The notes under the pieces are model-generated. The model made no database searches, was not told the DNA's origin, and saw only the letters and a list, made by a program, of their open reading frames with translations. A DNA stretch of 64,000 nucleotides from Octopus vulgaris (Eukaryota): contig OX597825.1 in the NCBI GenBank assembly GCA_951406725.2, forward strand, positions 14,570,001 through 14,634,000, given 5' to 3'. This document shows, in pieces, positions 27,760 through 41,256 of the stretch (within the stretch, counting starts at the first letter, position 1; each line of letters starts with the position of its first letter). A program made the position numbers and the translations under genes.

Positions 27760-27945
27760 AGCTCCTACACGCATTTTTTTCTCTCCTTGTTTCTCTCCTT
27801 GTTTTTTTTCTGTATATCTTTCTGTCGAAGAGCGTAGGCTCGAAGCGTAAAAGGCTTTTTCTATTCCTGAGCGTTATACTAATACATTTATTTGTTTGTA
27901 CTGCACCTGTCTTCGTCTTCTGTTTATTTTCGTAAACTTTCCCTT
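27760..27945 (+). mobile_element. Short element with a minimal hammerhead-like motif (probable Penelope-like end)
   Basis: Homologous to 40895-41105 and 49845-49970. Motif cttt-CTGTCGA-A-GAGC-gtag-GCTC-GAAG-CG-TA-aaag. Confidence 0.65.
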
Positions 27946-27973
27946 TATATGTATATATATATATGTGTGTGTA

Positions 27974-28014
<41 letters not shown>

Positions 28015-28189
28015 GAAATTTACAGAAAAACGATACACGAAGACAAGTGTTTAAACGTCAAACAGGTGTATTAAATTAACGCCTGGGAAGGTGTTGTTGG
28101 GATGTGTAGGTGTGGGTGTGGCTGGAGGGGGTAATGATGAATGGAGGTGGGTAGGAGTGAAAACAGGAAGTAGGGGTCAGAGCAAAGAA

Positions 28190-28661
28190 TTGTGGAGTAG
28201 ATTTGGTAGGCGGAAACCGAAAGAATCCCATCGTACATGTATATGCACGTGTGTATGTGACTGTATATCTGCGTTTGTCCCCCATCACCGCTTCACAACC
28301 GGTGTTGGTGTGTTTGCGTCTCCATAACTTAGCAGTTTGGCAAAAGCGAAGGATAGAATAAATGCTAGGCCTTAGGAAAAATAATTCTAGGAGTCGATTT
28401 GTTTGACTAAAGCAACTTAAAGGCGGTGCTCCAGCATGACCGTAGTCGAATGACTGAAACAAATAGATTGAATAAAAGAATATATAGAATATATATATAT
28501 AGGCGCAGGAGTGGGTGTGTGGTAAGTAGCTTGCTTACCGACCACATAGTTCCGGGTTCAGCTCCACTGCGTGGCACCATGGGGAAGTGTCTTCTACTAT
28601 AGCCTCGGGCCAACCAAAGCCTTGTGTGTGGATTTGGTGGACGGAAACTGAAAGAAGCCCG

Positions 28662-28708
<47 letters not shown>

Positions 28709-28926
28709 CATATATATGCGTTTGTGTGTCTGTGTCCCCCTAGCATTGCTTGACAACCGATGCTGGTGTGTTTATGTCCCCGTTACTTAGCGGTTCGGTA
28801 AAAGAGACCGATAGAATAAGTACTGGGCTTACAAAAGAATAAGTTCCGGTGTCGAGTTGCTGGATTAAAGGTGGTGCTCCAGCATGGCCGCAGTCAAATG
28901 ACTGAAACAAATAAAAGAGTAAAAAG

Positions 28927-28927
<1 letters not shown>
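28190..28927 (+). mobile_element. Two adjacent family A SINEs (partial 28190-28480, full 28502-28927)
   Basis: Consensus match. Confidence 0.88.
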
Positions 28928-28960
<33 letters not shown>

Positions 28961-29248
28961 GTGTGTGTGTATGTGTGTGCATATATGTATTTAAAAATAT
29001 GAGAACTATAAGTATTGTTTCGTTGAAAAAAAAAAAAAAACATCGATAGTTCAGAGATCAAAGAACAGTGAGTTTCATACACGTCACTACCTAAAATGGA
29101 AAGGAAAGAAAAAAAAAAATTCTTCAATCTGACTGAAGTCTGGATTTTAGTACAAAACTATGTGAAACAAAGTAAAGAAAATTACAGAAATTATTTCGGT
29201 GCGTTTGTTCAAGGCATCGACGTCCTCCTCCCCCTCCTCCTCCTCCTC

Positions 29249-29327
<79 letters not shown>

Positions 29328-29556
29328 CCATCGTCTTCATCATTGTCGACGTCGATATCGTCGCTGTCGTCGTCATCATCATCGCCTAGGTTTCCTACTT
29401 CAAAGGTTAGACGGATTTTCTAAGACAGCGGTGTTCAGCAAACGATATAACTTTCCTGTAGTCAACCATTTTGAATCGTCTGATACGACACGATGAATGG
29501 TGGCTTACCAATTCAAAAATCGATATATATATATTATCCTTTTCTCCATATTAGTC

Positions 29557-29603
<47 letters not shown>

Positions 29604-30329
29604 TACACGACCAATATGGAGGAGAGGATAATTTTCTTTTATACGACATTGGTATAGAATGTCGTAACACCTATAGTCGTTCTGAAGGGATTCGAAACGT
29701 CTGTTTAAAATACATTCCAATCTTACCTCGCAAGTAGATTAAATCTTTTTAAGAGCACTAAATGACGAAATGATAGAAGTTGCCAGTAGCATGCTGTTTA
29801 TTATGGAAAAGCTGTAAGTTAAAGCATTAATAACGAAATGTGTTAAAAACTTCTTTTCGTATATTTTTCAATGTCATGTTTTTAAAATCCATTTGCTATT
29901 CATTACAGTATATTAGGGAAGATATGCTGTGCGCTGTATTTATTTATTTATTTATTTATTCGTCTTAATATGAGTGAAGAAGTATATGCAATCTTGGTTA
30001 TTTTCCTTAGCGTTTCAATATATTTTCTTACATTTAAGTTTTCACTGCGAAGAAAATACTTTGATTCCTTCAATAAACTGGACAGATTTTACAGGTTAAT
30101 AGGCTAGCATATAAACATGAAAGGAATATTCTATATACATGCACATATACATACATACATGCATACACGCGCACATGCATGCGTATGTACATACATGCGT
30201 ACATATAAACACACATATATATATGTATTTTTACACGTATATGTGTATGATGTGCATTGCTATTTACACGTATACACACTCACAGAGACACACCCATATA
30301 TAGATAGACAGATAGGTAGAAAGATACAT

Positions 30330-30685
<356 letters not shown>

Positions 30686-31336
30686 TGAATGTAGATATGT
30701 GGTTACATATTAATTACTAATTGGTATTTGTGTATTCATTTATGTGTGTGTTCGTGTCCGAGTAAAATAAGACACGCGAAATGACATCAGAAAATAGTTA
30801 TAACACCATAGGTGCGAAAAAGACGAAGGAAGTAGGAAGTTCATATGCAAAATTAAACGTTTGCCTTCAACATTTATGCTTCATGCGTTCCCATGTTATG
30901 CTTTCAAAAGCGGTCCGTTAATTAACCATATTTAGGTTTATCCACCCTTGCTACTGTTTTTAGATCTTAATCACTGCAAAATATTTTGCCTTCTAATTGC
31001 ATGGACTCTCAGATATAATCGAGTTTGTTTCACCATACTGTATTGGGTGAGAGAGCATCACGAATATGGGTAAATATTACAGGTACACCGAAAATAGCAA
31101 TGGCGTAAATATGCATTCAAAGATATGAAGCAAAAATGGCGGTTGGGGGTGAAGAGGAAACGATATACATTTTGAATATGCACCATAATTCTCTTTAGAG
31201 AATTTCAGAACGAAGCTATTATCAGTTAAGTGAATTCTATTTTGTCACGAGATATCTGAGACACGCTTGAAAAGCCGTGAGTATAAGATTATAATTTCAT
31301 TTTAAAATTAAAAATAAAAATTACAAAACGAGTGTG

Positions 31337-31384
<48 letters not shown>

Positions 31385-31505
31385 AACACACACATATATA
31401 TAATATAATACACACACATAAGCATATACGTGTATATATACATAAATATGCATGATGTGTGTATGCATATATATTTAATTGGGAGTTTTAGTTTGTGTGA
31501 CGTAT

Positions 31506-31540
<35 letters not shown>

Positions 31541-32384
31541 CGCATACACAGTTCTTAGGAAGGCTACTGCAATCTCATGTTCTTTACGTTGTAAAGCAAA
31601 TCATGGCGTATTCGTTTTTCTTTGTAGCTAAATCTTCGTTTACGTGTAGCGAGTTATAAGGAGATAAAAATAATTTACACGGATCCCTATAAAATTGTTC
31701 ACTGAAACGTAAGCGATGAGATCAGTCGATTTTATTTGCTACTCATTAGAGAAAAACCATTGCAAACTCAATGCCTGCATACATGCATGTTGAAGTCAAT
31801 AACCTGCTGTAGTGTATATAATTAACTATACAATATACTATTTCACTCTCTTACTTGTTTCAGGCATTTGACTACGGCCATGCTGGAGGACCTCCTTAAA
31901 GGGGTTTAGTAGAAGAAATTGAACCCAGAACTTATTTTTGTAAGCCTACTACTAATTCTATCAATATCTTTTGCCGAACGCTAATTTACAGGAACGTACA
32001 CACACCACCATTGGTTGTTAAGCGATGATGGGGGACAAATACACACACACACACACACATATATATACATATATATATACACACACATATATACATATAT
32101 ATACACACACATATATACATATATATACACACACATATATACATATATATACACACACATATAAACATATATCTAAAGAAAAAGATTTGATCTGAAATCC
32201 AGTGCTGAAATAAAAACAGTTGCAGTGTGATCTGATCAACTGGTCCCCTCCTCAAAAAACATTCAGGCCTAGTAAAGTATATTGTGTTAAAGAATATAGG
32301 TGTCTATATGCCATTTAAAAGGTAGCACGAAATTTTGTTAGTGAGCAGGTCGTGGTTTCAAAGGGACAAAAATATTAATCCTTT

Positions 32385-32785
32385 GTCAGTCCTTGTTTGA
32401 CATCTCTGTGTTTAGCCCCTTGTGGGTAGTAAAGAAATAGGTATTTTATCTGCCGCTACGTCCTGAGTTCAAATTCCGCCGAGGTCGACTTTGCCTTTCA
32501 TCCTCTCGGGGTCGATTAAATAAGTACCAGTTACGCACTGAGGTCGATATAATCGACTTAGTCCGTTTGTCTGTCCTTGTATGTCCCTTCTGTGTTTAGC
32601 CCCTTGTGGGTAGTAACGAAATAGGTATTTCGTCTGTCTTTACGTTCCGAGTTCAAATTCCGCTCAGGTCGATTTGCCTTTCATTCTTTCGGGGTCGATA
32701 AATTAAGTACTAGCTGCATACTGGGTCGATCTAATCGATTAGGCCCCTCCTGAAAAATGCTGGGCATTGTGCCTAGAGTAGAATA
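32385..32785 (+). mobile_element. Headless tandem array of family B SINE body units
   Basis: The junction tgtgtttagccccttgtgggtagtaa.gaaataggtattt occurs twice, each time followed by the B-box and Nin-like domain. Confidence 0.8.
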
Positions 32786-33724
32786 CGATATTACTTACCT
32801 GATTTTTGACCATTGAATAATGCGGAATTTATTTTGCTTACTAGTTTACTTAGGAAGTTGCTAATATAGTGAACCAGATATTTTGCTTATGTACTCAAAG
32901 TGTAGAAGCTGGACATTCGTGAAAGTTAGAAGTAAAGATGTTTACATGAATGAAATAAGAAACACAATGAACCACGTAGAATTTGAAAACATGTCAAAGA
33001 GATATCAATGGAAAAGAAGCAGGGTAAAAGTGAGAATGAAATAGAGAGAGTGAATGAAAGTGCAGAGTTGCGCTTATAATAACTACGAATGAAAGTATCT
33101 GCGAACCGCCAAGTTTCATCGTGTATCCTTTTACTTTCGCTTTTTAGTCTCTTTGCATCTTAATTGTGAATTGTAGTTTCTTTACTATTACCCAGCTTGT
33201 TAGAGCAAAAGTGGTCCCGAAAGAATAAATATTTTTTTTAAGTATTCATAATTCATGATTTATGAGCAAAAATTTATCGATTATTTCAATGTGTTCGGAC
33301 GTAGAATTACCATTTGAGTTATTGTCTAGGCTTATATTAGAATCCACGTTTCCATCGTTCTTCAAGCTATACACGTTTAACAGACTCTAAGGCATCAATG
33401 CTTATTTATTCGCTGATTTATTTCTTCTTAGTTCTTCGAAACCGAAGAGTCAGAAATGCAGGAAGAAATATATTCCATATTGTTTCAAAATAATCACTGA
33501 TATTGAAACAATAAATCTATAGTAATCTAGTGTGGTAATGCTGTTTATAATTATAATTACATATATTTTTTATAATTCATCAATACATTATTTACATTAT
33601 TTACATTTGACGTATATTTCTCCTCATCTTGTTTGTTGTTAACACAACGTTTCGGCTGATGTACCCTCATCAGGTGACTTGGAAAAATGTCGAACCTGGG
33701 TTCGCATTACTTAGGTATTTTTGG

Positions 33725-33725
33725 A

Positions 33726-33789
<64 letters not shown>

Positions 33790-34228
33790 TAGTTTTATTT
33801 TTATAGCGTGCTTTCACTTCACTACCGAGCGTAGCTCTGTGTGCCTTGGGTATGTGCTGTGATTTGTTGTGATGCTCTGATGGTTATTGTATGGAAAGTG
33901 TTCTGCGTAGGATGTGTGCAGTGCCTAGTAGTGCAATTTTCTGTATGTTATATGTGTTTGTAAGTCCTGGTGTTTTTGTTATGTATTTGTCTGAATATTT
34001 TTTTTTATCATGCCTAATGCACCTACTATGATAGGAATTGTTTCTGTTTTCAGAAATCCACATTCTAGTTACCTCTATTTCCAGGTCTTTGTATTTTGAG
34101 AGTTTCTCCATTTCTTTTAGAGACACGTTGTCATCTGCCGGTATTGATACATCAATTAGAAAGCATTTTCTTCATGATCTCTGACAACTATATCTGGTCT
34201 GTTGGCCTTAATTTCTCTATCTGTGTTA
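33725..34228 (-). mobile_element. R4/Dong-type retrotransposon 3' end with (TAA)n tail
   Basis: TDREIKANRPDIVVRDHEE / LIDVSIPADDNVSLKEMEKLSKYKDLEIEVTRMW / IQKIALLGTAHILRRTLSIQ*, then a short UTR and (TAA)n. Confidence 0.9.
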
Positions 34229-34264
34229 ACCCCAAGATTTCGTGTTCGATTCGAAGCAGTGACG

Positions 34265-34319
<55 letters not shown>

Positions 34320-34320
<1 letters not shown>

Positions 34321-34808
34321 CTTGTAATAAGATGCACCATCTAAAGGCAGACTTGTAATAAGATGCACCATCCAAAGGCAGATGTGGATCGTCTTTACCT
34401 TCCCAGAGCTCAGGGACGTCGAGGTTTGATCCAGCTTCAACTTATATACAAAACCACCACAATCAGACTGGCCAAATACCTTGAAGCAACCAACGATTGG
34501 ATGCTAAAACTTGTTGAAAAATATGTAAGACCGAAAAAACTTCACTCTATTCTAAAAGAGAGCAAAAAATTCGCTACTGATCTCTTAGATACCTACCAGA
34601 TTGATCAGGTTGAAGGATATGCGCTGCAAAGAAAATAAAATTAATTGCAAAGAAAAAAGTGCATGAAAAATTAGCTAGCAGTTGGGAACAGAAACCTCTG
34701 CATGGCAAGTATGTGGCCCGTAGCAAACAAGCTGATGTCGATCAGAAACGCACGCAACAATGGTTACGAAGCTCAGGGTTAAAAGCGGAGAGTGAAGGTT
34801 TCATAATA
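34320..34808 (+). mobile_element. R4/Dong-type retrotransposon internal (post-RT) fragment
   Basis: KMHHPKADVDRLYLPRAQGRRGLIQL...WEQKPLHGKY...QWLRSSGLKAESEGFII. Confidence 0.88.
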
Positions 34809-34996
34809 GAATGGCTCTACATCAGAAGCCGAAAATAGATCAGAGAGAAGGAATATAATAGGCCAATGCCTACAGTCTCTCACTTAGGACTCTAGTATAT
34901 CATTGAAGTGTAAGTTATATGTTTGCTTTATCTCAAGTTATAAATACAAAAATACAAAATCGTTTTCAAAGTAACAGGATTAGCCAATATATTTGG

Positions 34997-35333
34997 TGAC
35001 CCCCTTCGGCCAGACACTGACCATGGGTTTGTACGTAGAGATTTACCCTCTGAGGCACAAGTCTGGGCAAGGTGGTTTTATGGAAGACCAGTAGTCGCCC
35101 ATGCATACCGGCCTCCCCTCTCCACGTCACCGATGTTGCCCAAGGGAAAGGCAAAGGCCGATACAGCTTGGCACCTGTGACGTCGCAACTCATTTCTACA
35201 GCTGAGTGAACTGGAGCAATGTGAAATAAAGTGTCTTGCTCAAGAACACAACACGCAGCCCGGTCCGGGATTCGAACTCACAACCTCACGATCGTAAGCT
35301 CGACGCTCTAACCACTGAGCCACGCGTCTTCAC
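34997..35333 (-). mobile_element. tRNA-derived SINE (family D head)
   Basis: GCGTGGCTCAGTGGTTAGAGCGTC...GAGTTCGAATCCC A and B boxes, then GTTGTGTTCTTGAGCAAGACACTTTA. Confidence 0.85.
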
Positions 35334-36504
35334 TATATTTATTCAGTAAATATTCGTTAACATTTACAAGGAAAATGTAAACATTTGCTTCGGAGTTTCA
35401 GCCTGTTACGATCGTCAGATTTCATAGACTCGACGTAGTTTATTGCGACTGAACATTTATACCGCGACTAAACTTTTACAGCAGTGATTTAGAAGTGATA
35501 AATGGTCAGGGCGTACAGGTGTTGCTTTATTCCATCTTGAACTGTGATTTTGTCTTCGTTAAGTGTGTATTTCTGCCTAATGAAAACACCCACCCACAGG
35601 TACGCCTTCACACTCAAACGCACACATCCACACATGAAGAGCTCATTTAAGATCTGCGTGCGCATATCTAATAGTTGTAAGCCTATGGGAATTTAGGCGA
35701 AAATATTTGTAATGTAAACACGTATGTTCTGATGTTCATTATATATTAATAGATATCTAACTATCAATATCTATATATAATTTATATGCCTGGATGCTTG
35801 CTTGCTTTCACACACACAAACACAGAATTACTTCCACACACGCTCTCTGTCTCTGTCTTTCTCTCTCTCTCCCTCTCGTACTCAAATATTCAAATATTCT
35901 TACACACTTATTCGTTCTCCCACACACTTAAAAACAACATTAACCATTTTATTGATGTGATGCACTCTTTTTCACTCTGTTGGCTTCCACGTAGCTAATT
36001 ATTCCAACTTAAAATACAGAACACCAAAATTACATTCATGCATGTTTCGAATTATTTCATGTACGATATTCGTTGAGGTAATTTTTCCCAAAAAGCGTTT
36101 AAAGAAATGAACCCATGTCCTACATACAAAATTGGACATGTATTACGAGTACATGTTTAATACACTAAATATGATTCTCCTGTATAGAAGTTTCTGAAAA
36201 TTGAGACCGTCCAAAACTTTGTATACTTTATGCTATCAAATAGACCCCATTAAAATAGTTACGTAGATATTTATCTTCGTAGCTTCAACAACCATTTTCT
36301 ATAAATATATATTCTATAGGTACATGAGGGGAAGTATGTTGCGTACCTTGATTCTAGGCGACTTGTTTCCGGGTTCAGTCCCACAGAGTATTACCTTGCA
36401 CAAGTGTCTTGTACTATAACTGTGGTCATCAAAATGTTTGTGAATGGAATAGGTAGAGGGAAACTACAAGAAACCCATCGTGTGTGTATATATATATATA
36501 TATA

Positions 36505-36812
36505 ATCACCGTGATCACTTGACCGACCAGGCTATCAGATGTTGCTACACATCGCTGGTCACAATGCGCTTCGTATTGTTTCAGCCTTCAAATGACGCCA
36601 CCCCGCTGGCTAAGCAAGCAGGCCAACAGAAGAAAAAGTAAGAGAAAGTTGTGGCGAAAAAGTACTACAGGGAGCACCACCAGCCCCTGCCGGAGCCTTA
36701 TAGAGCTTTATGTGTTCTCGCTCAATAAACATTCACAACGCCCTGTCTGGGAATCGAAACCGCGATCCTACGAACGTGAGTCCGCAGGCCTAACCACTGG
36801 CCCTTTGCTCCT

Positions 36813-36814
<2 letters not shown>
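36505..36814 (-). mobile_element. tRNA-derived SINE family C
   Basis: Head matches 63721 onward (ggatcgcggtttcgattcccagac..ggcgttgtga). Confidence 0.8.
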
Positions 36815-36863
<49 letters not shown>

Positions 36864-37156
36864 TATATATAATTTAAAATAGGATAAAATCTTTATAAGA
36901 ATGTATCAAGTACTCAGCGTGAAAACCTGGTGTTAAATTAATGGTATTATTAAATTAATATCGATTTTCACCCTCATTTATAATTTTATAAATTTAACTA
37001 TGCGGCAGTTAATATTTTATTTGATGCGGCATACGTTTCCAATGGAGTCTAGGCAGGCTTTTGGCGCGGAATTTGAGACATAACTAAAAATGTAATTGGT
37101 TGGACCGCTCGTGTTTTTGACGCTCGAATCGATCTAATTAATTGCATTTCTGACAA

Positions 37157-37232
37157 ACTCTACCGAAGATTTATAGATGTAAGTGTAAGTAAAACTACAT
37201 ATTACATTAGTAATGAAACAATTGTATAGAGT
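37157..37232 (+). ncRNA. Type I hammerhead ribozyme-like motif
   Basis: ACTCTA-CCGAAGA-(long AT-rich stem II containing ATGTAA/TTACAT)-GAAAC-AATT-GTA-TAGAGT. Confidence 0.55.
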
Positions 37233-37366
37233 CAATCTATTTTATTTGTTGTATTTCACTTTCCTTCCGTTAAATGTATGTTGATTCTAGTTGGAAGCAG
37301 ATCTTCTGTGGTTGCTTCGGAGCTATTTTTAGCACTAGAGTTATCCACATAGTGGATAACTCTCTA

Positions 37367-37437
<71 letters not shown>

Positions 37438-38120
37438 CGTATGCGTATGTTTTCGTCCCCTACTACCGATTGAGCACTGATGTTGTTTTGTTTGCATAGT
37501 AGTAACTTAGTCGTTCAGCAAAACAGTCCGACGGTACATGTGACGACGGCAGTCGATTATTTCGACTAAAATTATCCATGAAGCCTCAATCTCCTGACTG
37601 AAACTATTTAACGATAAAAGATAAAGATATGCGCATCTATTACGTGTATATATGTTTTTGCTGGAATATTTTCCTTGCGTGTGGGCGCACGAAACAAAAT
37701 AGTTGTATTTCATTTAAATTACCAATTATGTCATTCCTAAATCGAATTATGAATAAATTGGCGATGAAATAATTTTGCGGGAAACTCCCCGCGAAATTAT
37801 AATTGCTGTTCTTGAAGGTATTAAATGTGGAATCGATGATATAAGCCTGCAATAAACGTCATGATATCCTATTGAGTGTAGGCATGGGGGGCATGGAAGC
37901 TATAAGATTAAATTCTGATTTCGAATTAATAGAAATCTACCGATGTATCTACGACTTATCCTACGTTACAAATCATAGAGACATGTCCGGAATAACGGCA
38001 CAAAACGTGTGCCTTTATTATATATAGACAAGTAGATACATAGAGTGAGAGACAGAGAGGGAGAGAGAGAAAGAGTCAAACAGACAGACAAACAAATAGG
38101 TAGATGGGTACATAGATAGT

Positions 38121-38197
<77 letters not shown>

Positions 38198-38268
38198 GGA
38201 TGGATGGATGGGTGGACAGACGGACGGATGGATGCAGAGAGTTAGATAGATAGATAAATAGATAGAGG

Positions 38269-38330
<62 letters not shown>

Positions 38331-38687
38331 TAGATAGATAGATAGATACATACATACATACATACATACATACATACATACATACATACATAAAGGTGGT
38401 GATCTGGCTGAATGGTTAGCACGCCGGCTTCGTTTTCAGTGGTATTTTCTCCGTGTTTACGTTCTGATTTCAAATTCGACCGAGGTCGACCCGGTTTTGA
38501 TTTTTTTTTCCGGCTGGATGAAATAAATAGCATTTAAAAATTAGGGTCGATATAATCCACTTGCCAACCACCTACTCCCGCCTCCTACCAAATTGTTGGA
38601 TTTATGTCTTAAATGGAAACTATTATCAGAGAGACAGACAAACAAACAGATAGACAGACAGACAGACATACAGACAGACAGACAGAC

Positions 38688-38756
<69 letters not shown>

Positions 38757-38757
<1 letters not shown>

Positions 38758-39075
38758 TTTCTTTATTGGCCACCCAGGGCTGCACACAGATGGGACAAGT
38801 TACAAGGTAGAGCTTTTCTTTTGGGGGATGAAAAAAAGAGGGTGGCGTAGGTTTTCGATCAAGAGGGATCGTAAAAGGGAAGAAAAGAACAAAAAAGAAA
38901 ATAAAAAAGAAAAAAAAATAGAATAAAAAATAAAAAGAATAAAAGAAAAAAAAGAAAAGAAAGGGAAAGGAACAAAAGAAAAGAGAAATGAAAAAAGAAG
39001 AAAAAGGGGAAAAAAAGGGGAAGAGGAAAAAAAAAAAGAACGATCAATAGGGATCGTGTATCACAGTGTTATGAT
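38757..39075 (-). mobile_element. Non-LTR element 3' end embedded in (GATA)n
   Basis: Flanked on both sides by GATA tracts. The minus strand has a T-rich UTR and ends ...GCCAATAAAGAAA. Confidence 0.6.
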
Positions 39076-39084
39076 ATATGTTAT

Positions 39085-39117
<33 letters not shown>

Positions 39118-39273
39118 TCAGACGGATAAAGGAATAAATAAAGAAATAAAAATAGTGAGCTTGCTGAACCGTTAACATACCTAGATAAATGCTTAGCCAC
39201 GTTCTAACCATCTTTACGTCCTGAAACCAAATTCGACCATGGTCGATCTGCCTGTCATAATGTGATCGATGAA

Positions 39274-39499
39274 GGCGGCGAGCTGGCGGAAACGTTAGCA
39301 CGCTGGGCGAAATGCGTAGCAGTATTTCGTCTGTCTTTACGTTCTGAGTTCAAATTCTGCCGAGGTCGACTTTGCCTTTTATCCTTTCGGGGTCGATCAA
39401 ATAAGTACCAGTTAATCACTGGGGTTGATGTAATCGACTTAACCCCCTTTGTTCGTCCTCTCTATGTTTTGCCCCTTGTGGGCAATAAAGAAAGAAATA
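39274..39499 (+). mobile_element. SINE family B, full length
   Basis: Head, B-box, Nin-like domain and tail are all present. Degenerate copies also lie near 38393-38630, 39155-39260 and 40245-40440. Confidence 0.88.
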
Positions 39500-40532
39500 T
39501 ATTTTGAACCGGTCAACTAAATTTGTAGTCTCTATAATTTTAGCTAATGATAAGTTTATAATAATATATTTGTACATAATACTTTCCCAGCGTAAGTTCA
39601 AAACTTTGTTCACAAAGGAATCTAATAGTAGGTATTTAGATTCTCTAGTGGCACCCACATACATCGTCAAATATAAGCATAAGTTTAACCTACAATTGTT
39701 ATGAAGACTGGTCGGTTTTGTTTTCTTGCCTATTAACCAACATTGGCATATCGGCTATATTTTGGTATGTTGCTAAAACTTGTTAAAGGCAGTCATTTCA
39801 AGATATAAATTCCAGACAAATCATTTGGAAAACAGACAGTTAATACAAAATAGTGTTTTTCCTGTAAATGTGATTCTTGATTTCTTATCCTATTTATATT
39901 TGTGGACATGGAATGATTGAAAAAAAGTTGAAATCCTTGGTGGTGGGTGATAGATCCAACGATGCAATTTCGAAGCAATATCCATAAAGATAAAAAAAAC
40001 AAGAACATAATTTTGAGATCAATAAGTCGAAATTGGGAGAAAGAAATGAAATACAGTACATTCATTACTACGATTTCGCATTCTATTCCGAACTGTTATT
40101 CTTTGATTTTCGAAATACGACAAATAACAAAGACGTGTTATACAACATTGTTTAATTTCTCAATGTATGTAGGATGCTATGTAACCCGATTCCCACTGTA
40201 GCTAACTACCTGGAAGAGAATTAGACAAATACTGACGTGAAGCACGGCGGTGGACTGGCAGTTCTAGCCACATATTTTCTGTTTCCTGGTTTTCTGCGCT
40301 CAAATCTCATCGGGGCCTTAAATCTCACCCTTCGCCTTTCCTTCCTTTCGGATTGATCAAATAATGTTATGGTTAAGTGATGTGATGTGAGGGGGTCGAT
40401 GTAGTCGATTTGTTCCGTCCCTATAAATCGCCGACTTTGAACCCTGCAAAAGATTAAGGTCTAGATCAGGAAAATATTTTGAGCTCAGCGGGTAAACTTT
40501 GAGGTGAAAAAAAAAAGTAAATAAGTCATTCA

Positions 40533-40571
<39 letters not shown>

Positions 40572-40657
40572 AAGACCTGCAGGGTGTTGTGTTGTGAAGA
40601 TGCTTTGATTACTACTATTAAATCTCACAACGTGAGATATTCAGCAACAGTAATTTG

Positions 40658-41256
40658 TAGTAAAGTTTGTTTGCCAACATAACATTCCAGCCATGGTTTA
40701 GGAGTAATGTTGCTGTAATTTAGCCCCAGGAGACATTATCTCCAGGTGGCTATACGACACGATCTGTGTCCTTACATTTTCAAACAAGGGAATCTAGCAC
40801 CCCCACTCAACTCAAAACAATATCTGTTAATCGCGATTTCTTACACACACACAGACGCAAACACACACACACAAGCATATATATATATATCAGATCGCCA
40901 TGTTGATTCGCTAGCCTCTGCACGCATTTTTTTCTCTCCTTGTTTCTCTCCGTGTTTCTTTTCTGTGTATCTTTCTGTTCAAGAGCGTAGGCTCGAAACG
41001 TAAAAGACTTGTTTTATTTATATTCCTGAGCGCCATACTAATACAATTGTTTGTTTGTATTCCACCTGCCTTCGTCTTTTGTTTATTTTCATAAAGCTTC
41101 CTGTTATTATATATACATACATACATACATACATACATATAAGAACACAAATTGTGTCGGATAGCCAGCTGGGGACGATGTCTCCAGGGGCTAAATTACA
41201 GCAACATTCGTCCTAAACCAAGACTACTATGTTATGTTGGCAAACAATTTTTACTA
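40658..41256. repeat. Inverted repeats of about 85 bp enclosing a hammerhead-bearing element
   Basis: tagtaaagtttgtttgccaacataaca...aatgttgctgtaatttagccccaggagacat versus atgtctccaggggctaaattacagcaacatt...tgttatgttggcaaacaatttttacta. Confidence 0.85.

Noticed and set aside
35255-35333. tRNA-like sequence with strong A and B boxes (also 52636 and 63721)
   Set aside because: There is no proper acceptor stem and the sequence continues into a SINE body; these are SINE heads, not tRNA genes.
37337-37363. Hairpin containing TTATCCACA, identical to a bacterial DnaA box
   Set aside because: Eukaryotic repeat context at the end of a probable Penelope-like element; coincidental.
37640-38030. Possible non-autonomous Helitron (minus-strand TCTATATATAATAAAG-like start, hairpin at 37769-37800)
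   Set aside because: No matching hairpin-plus-CTRR 3' end could be placed with confidence.
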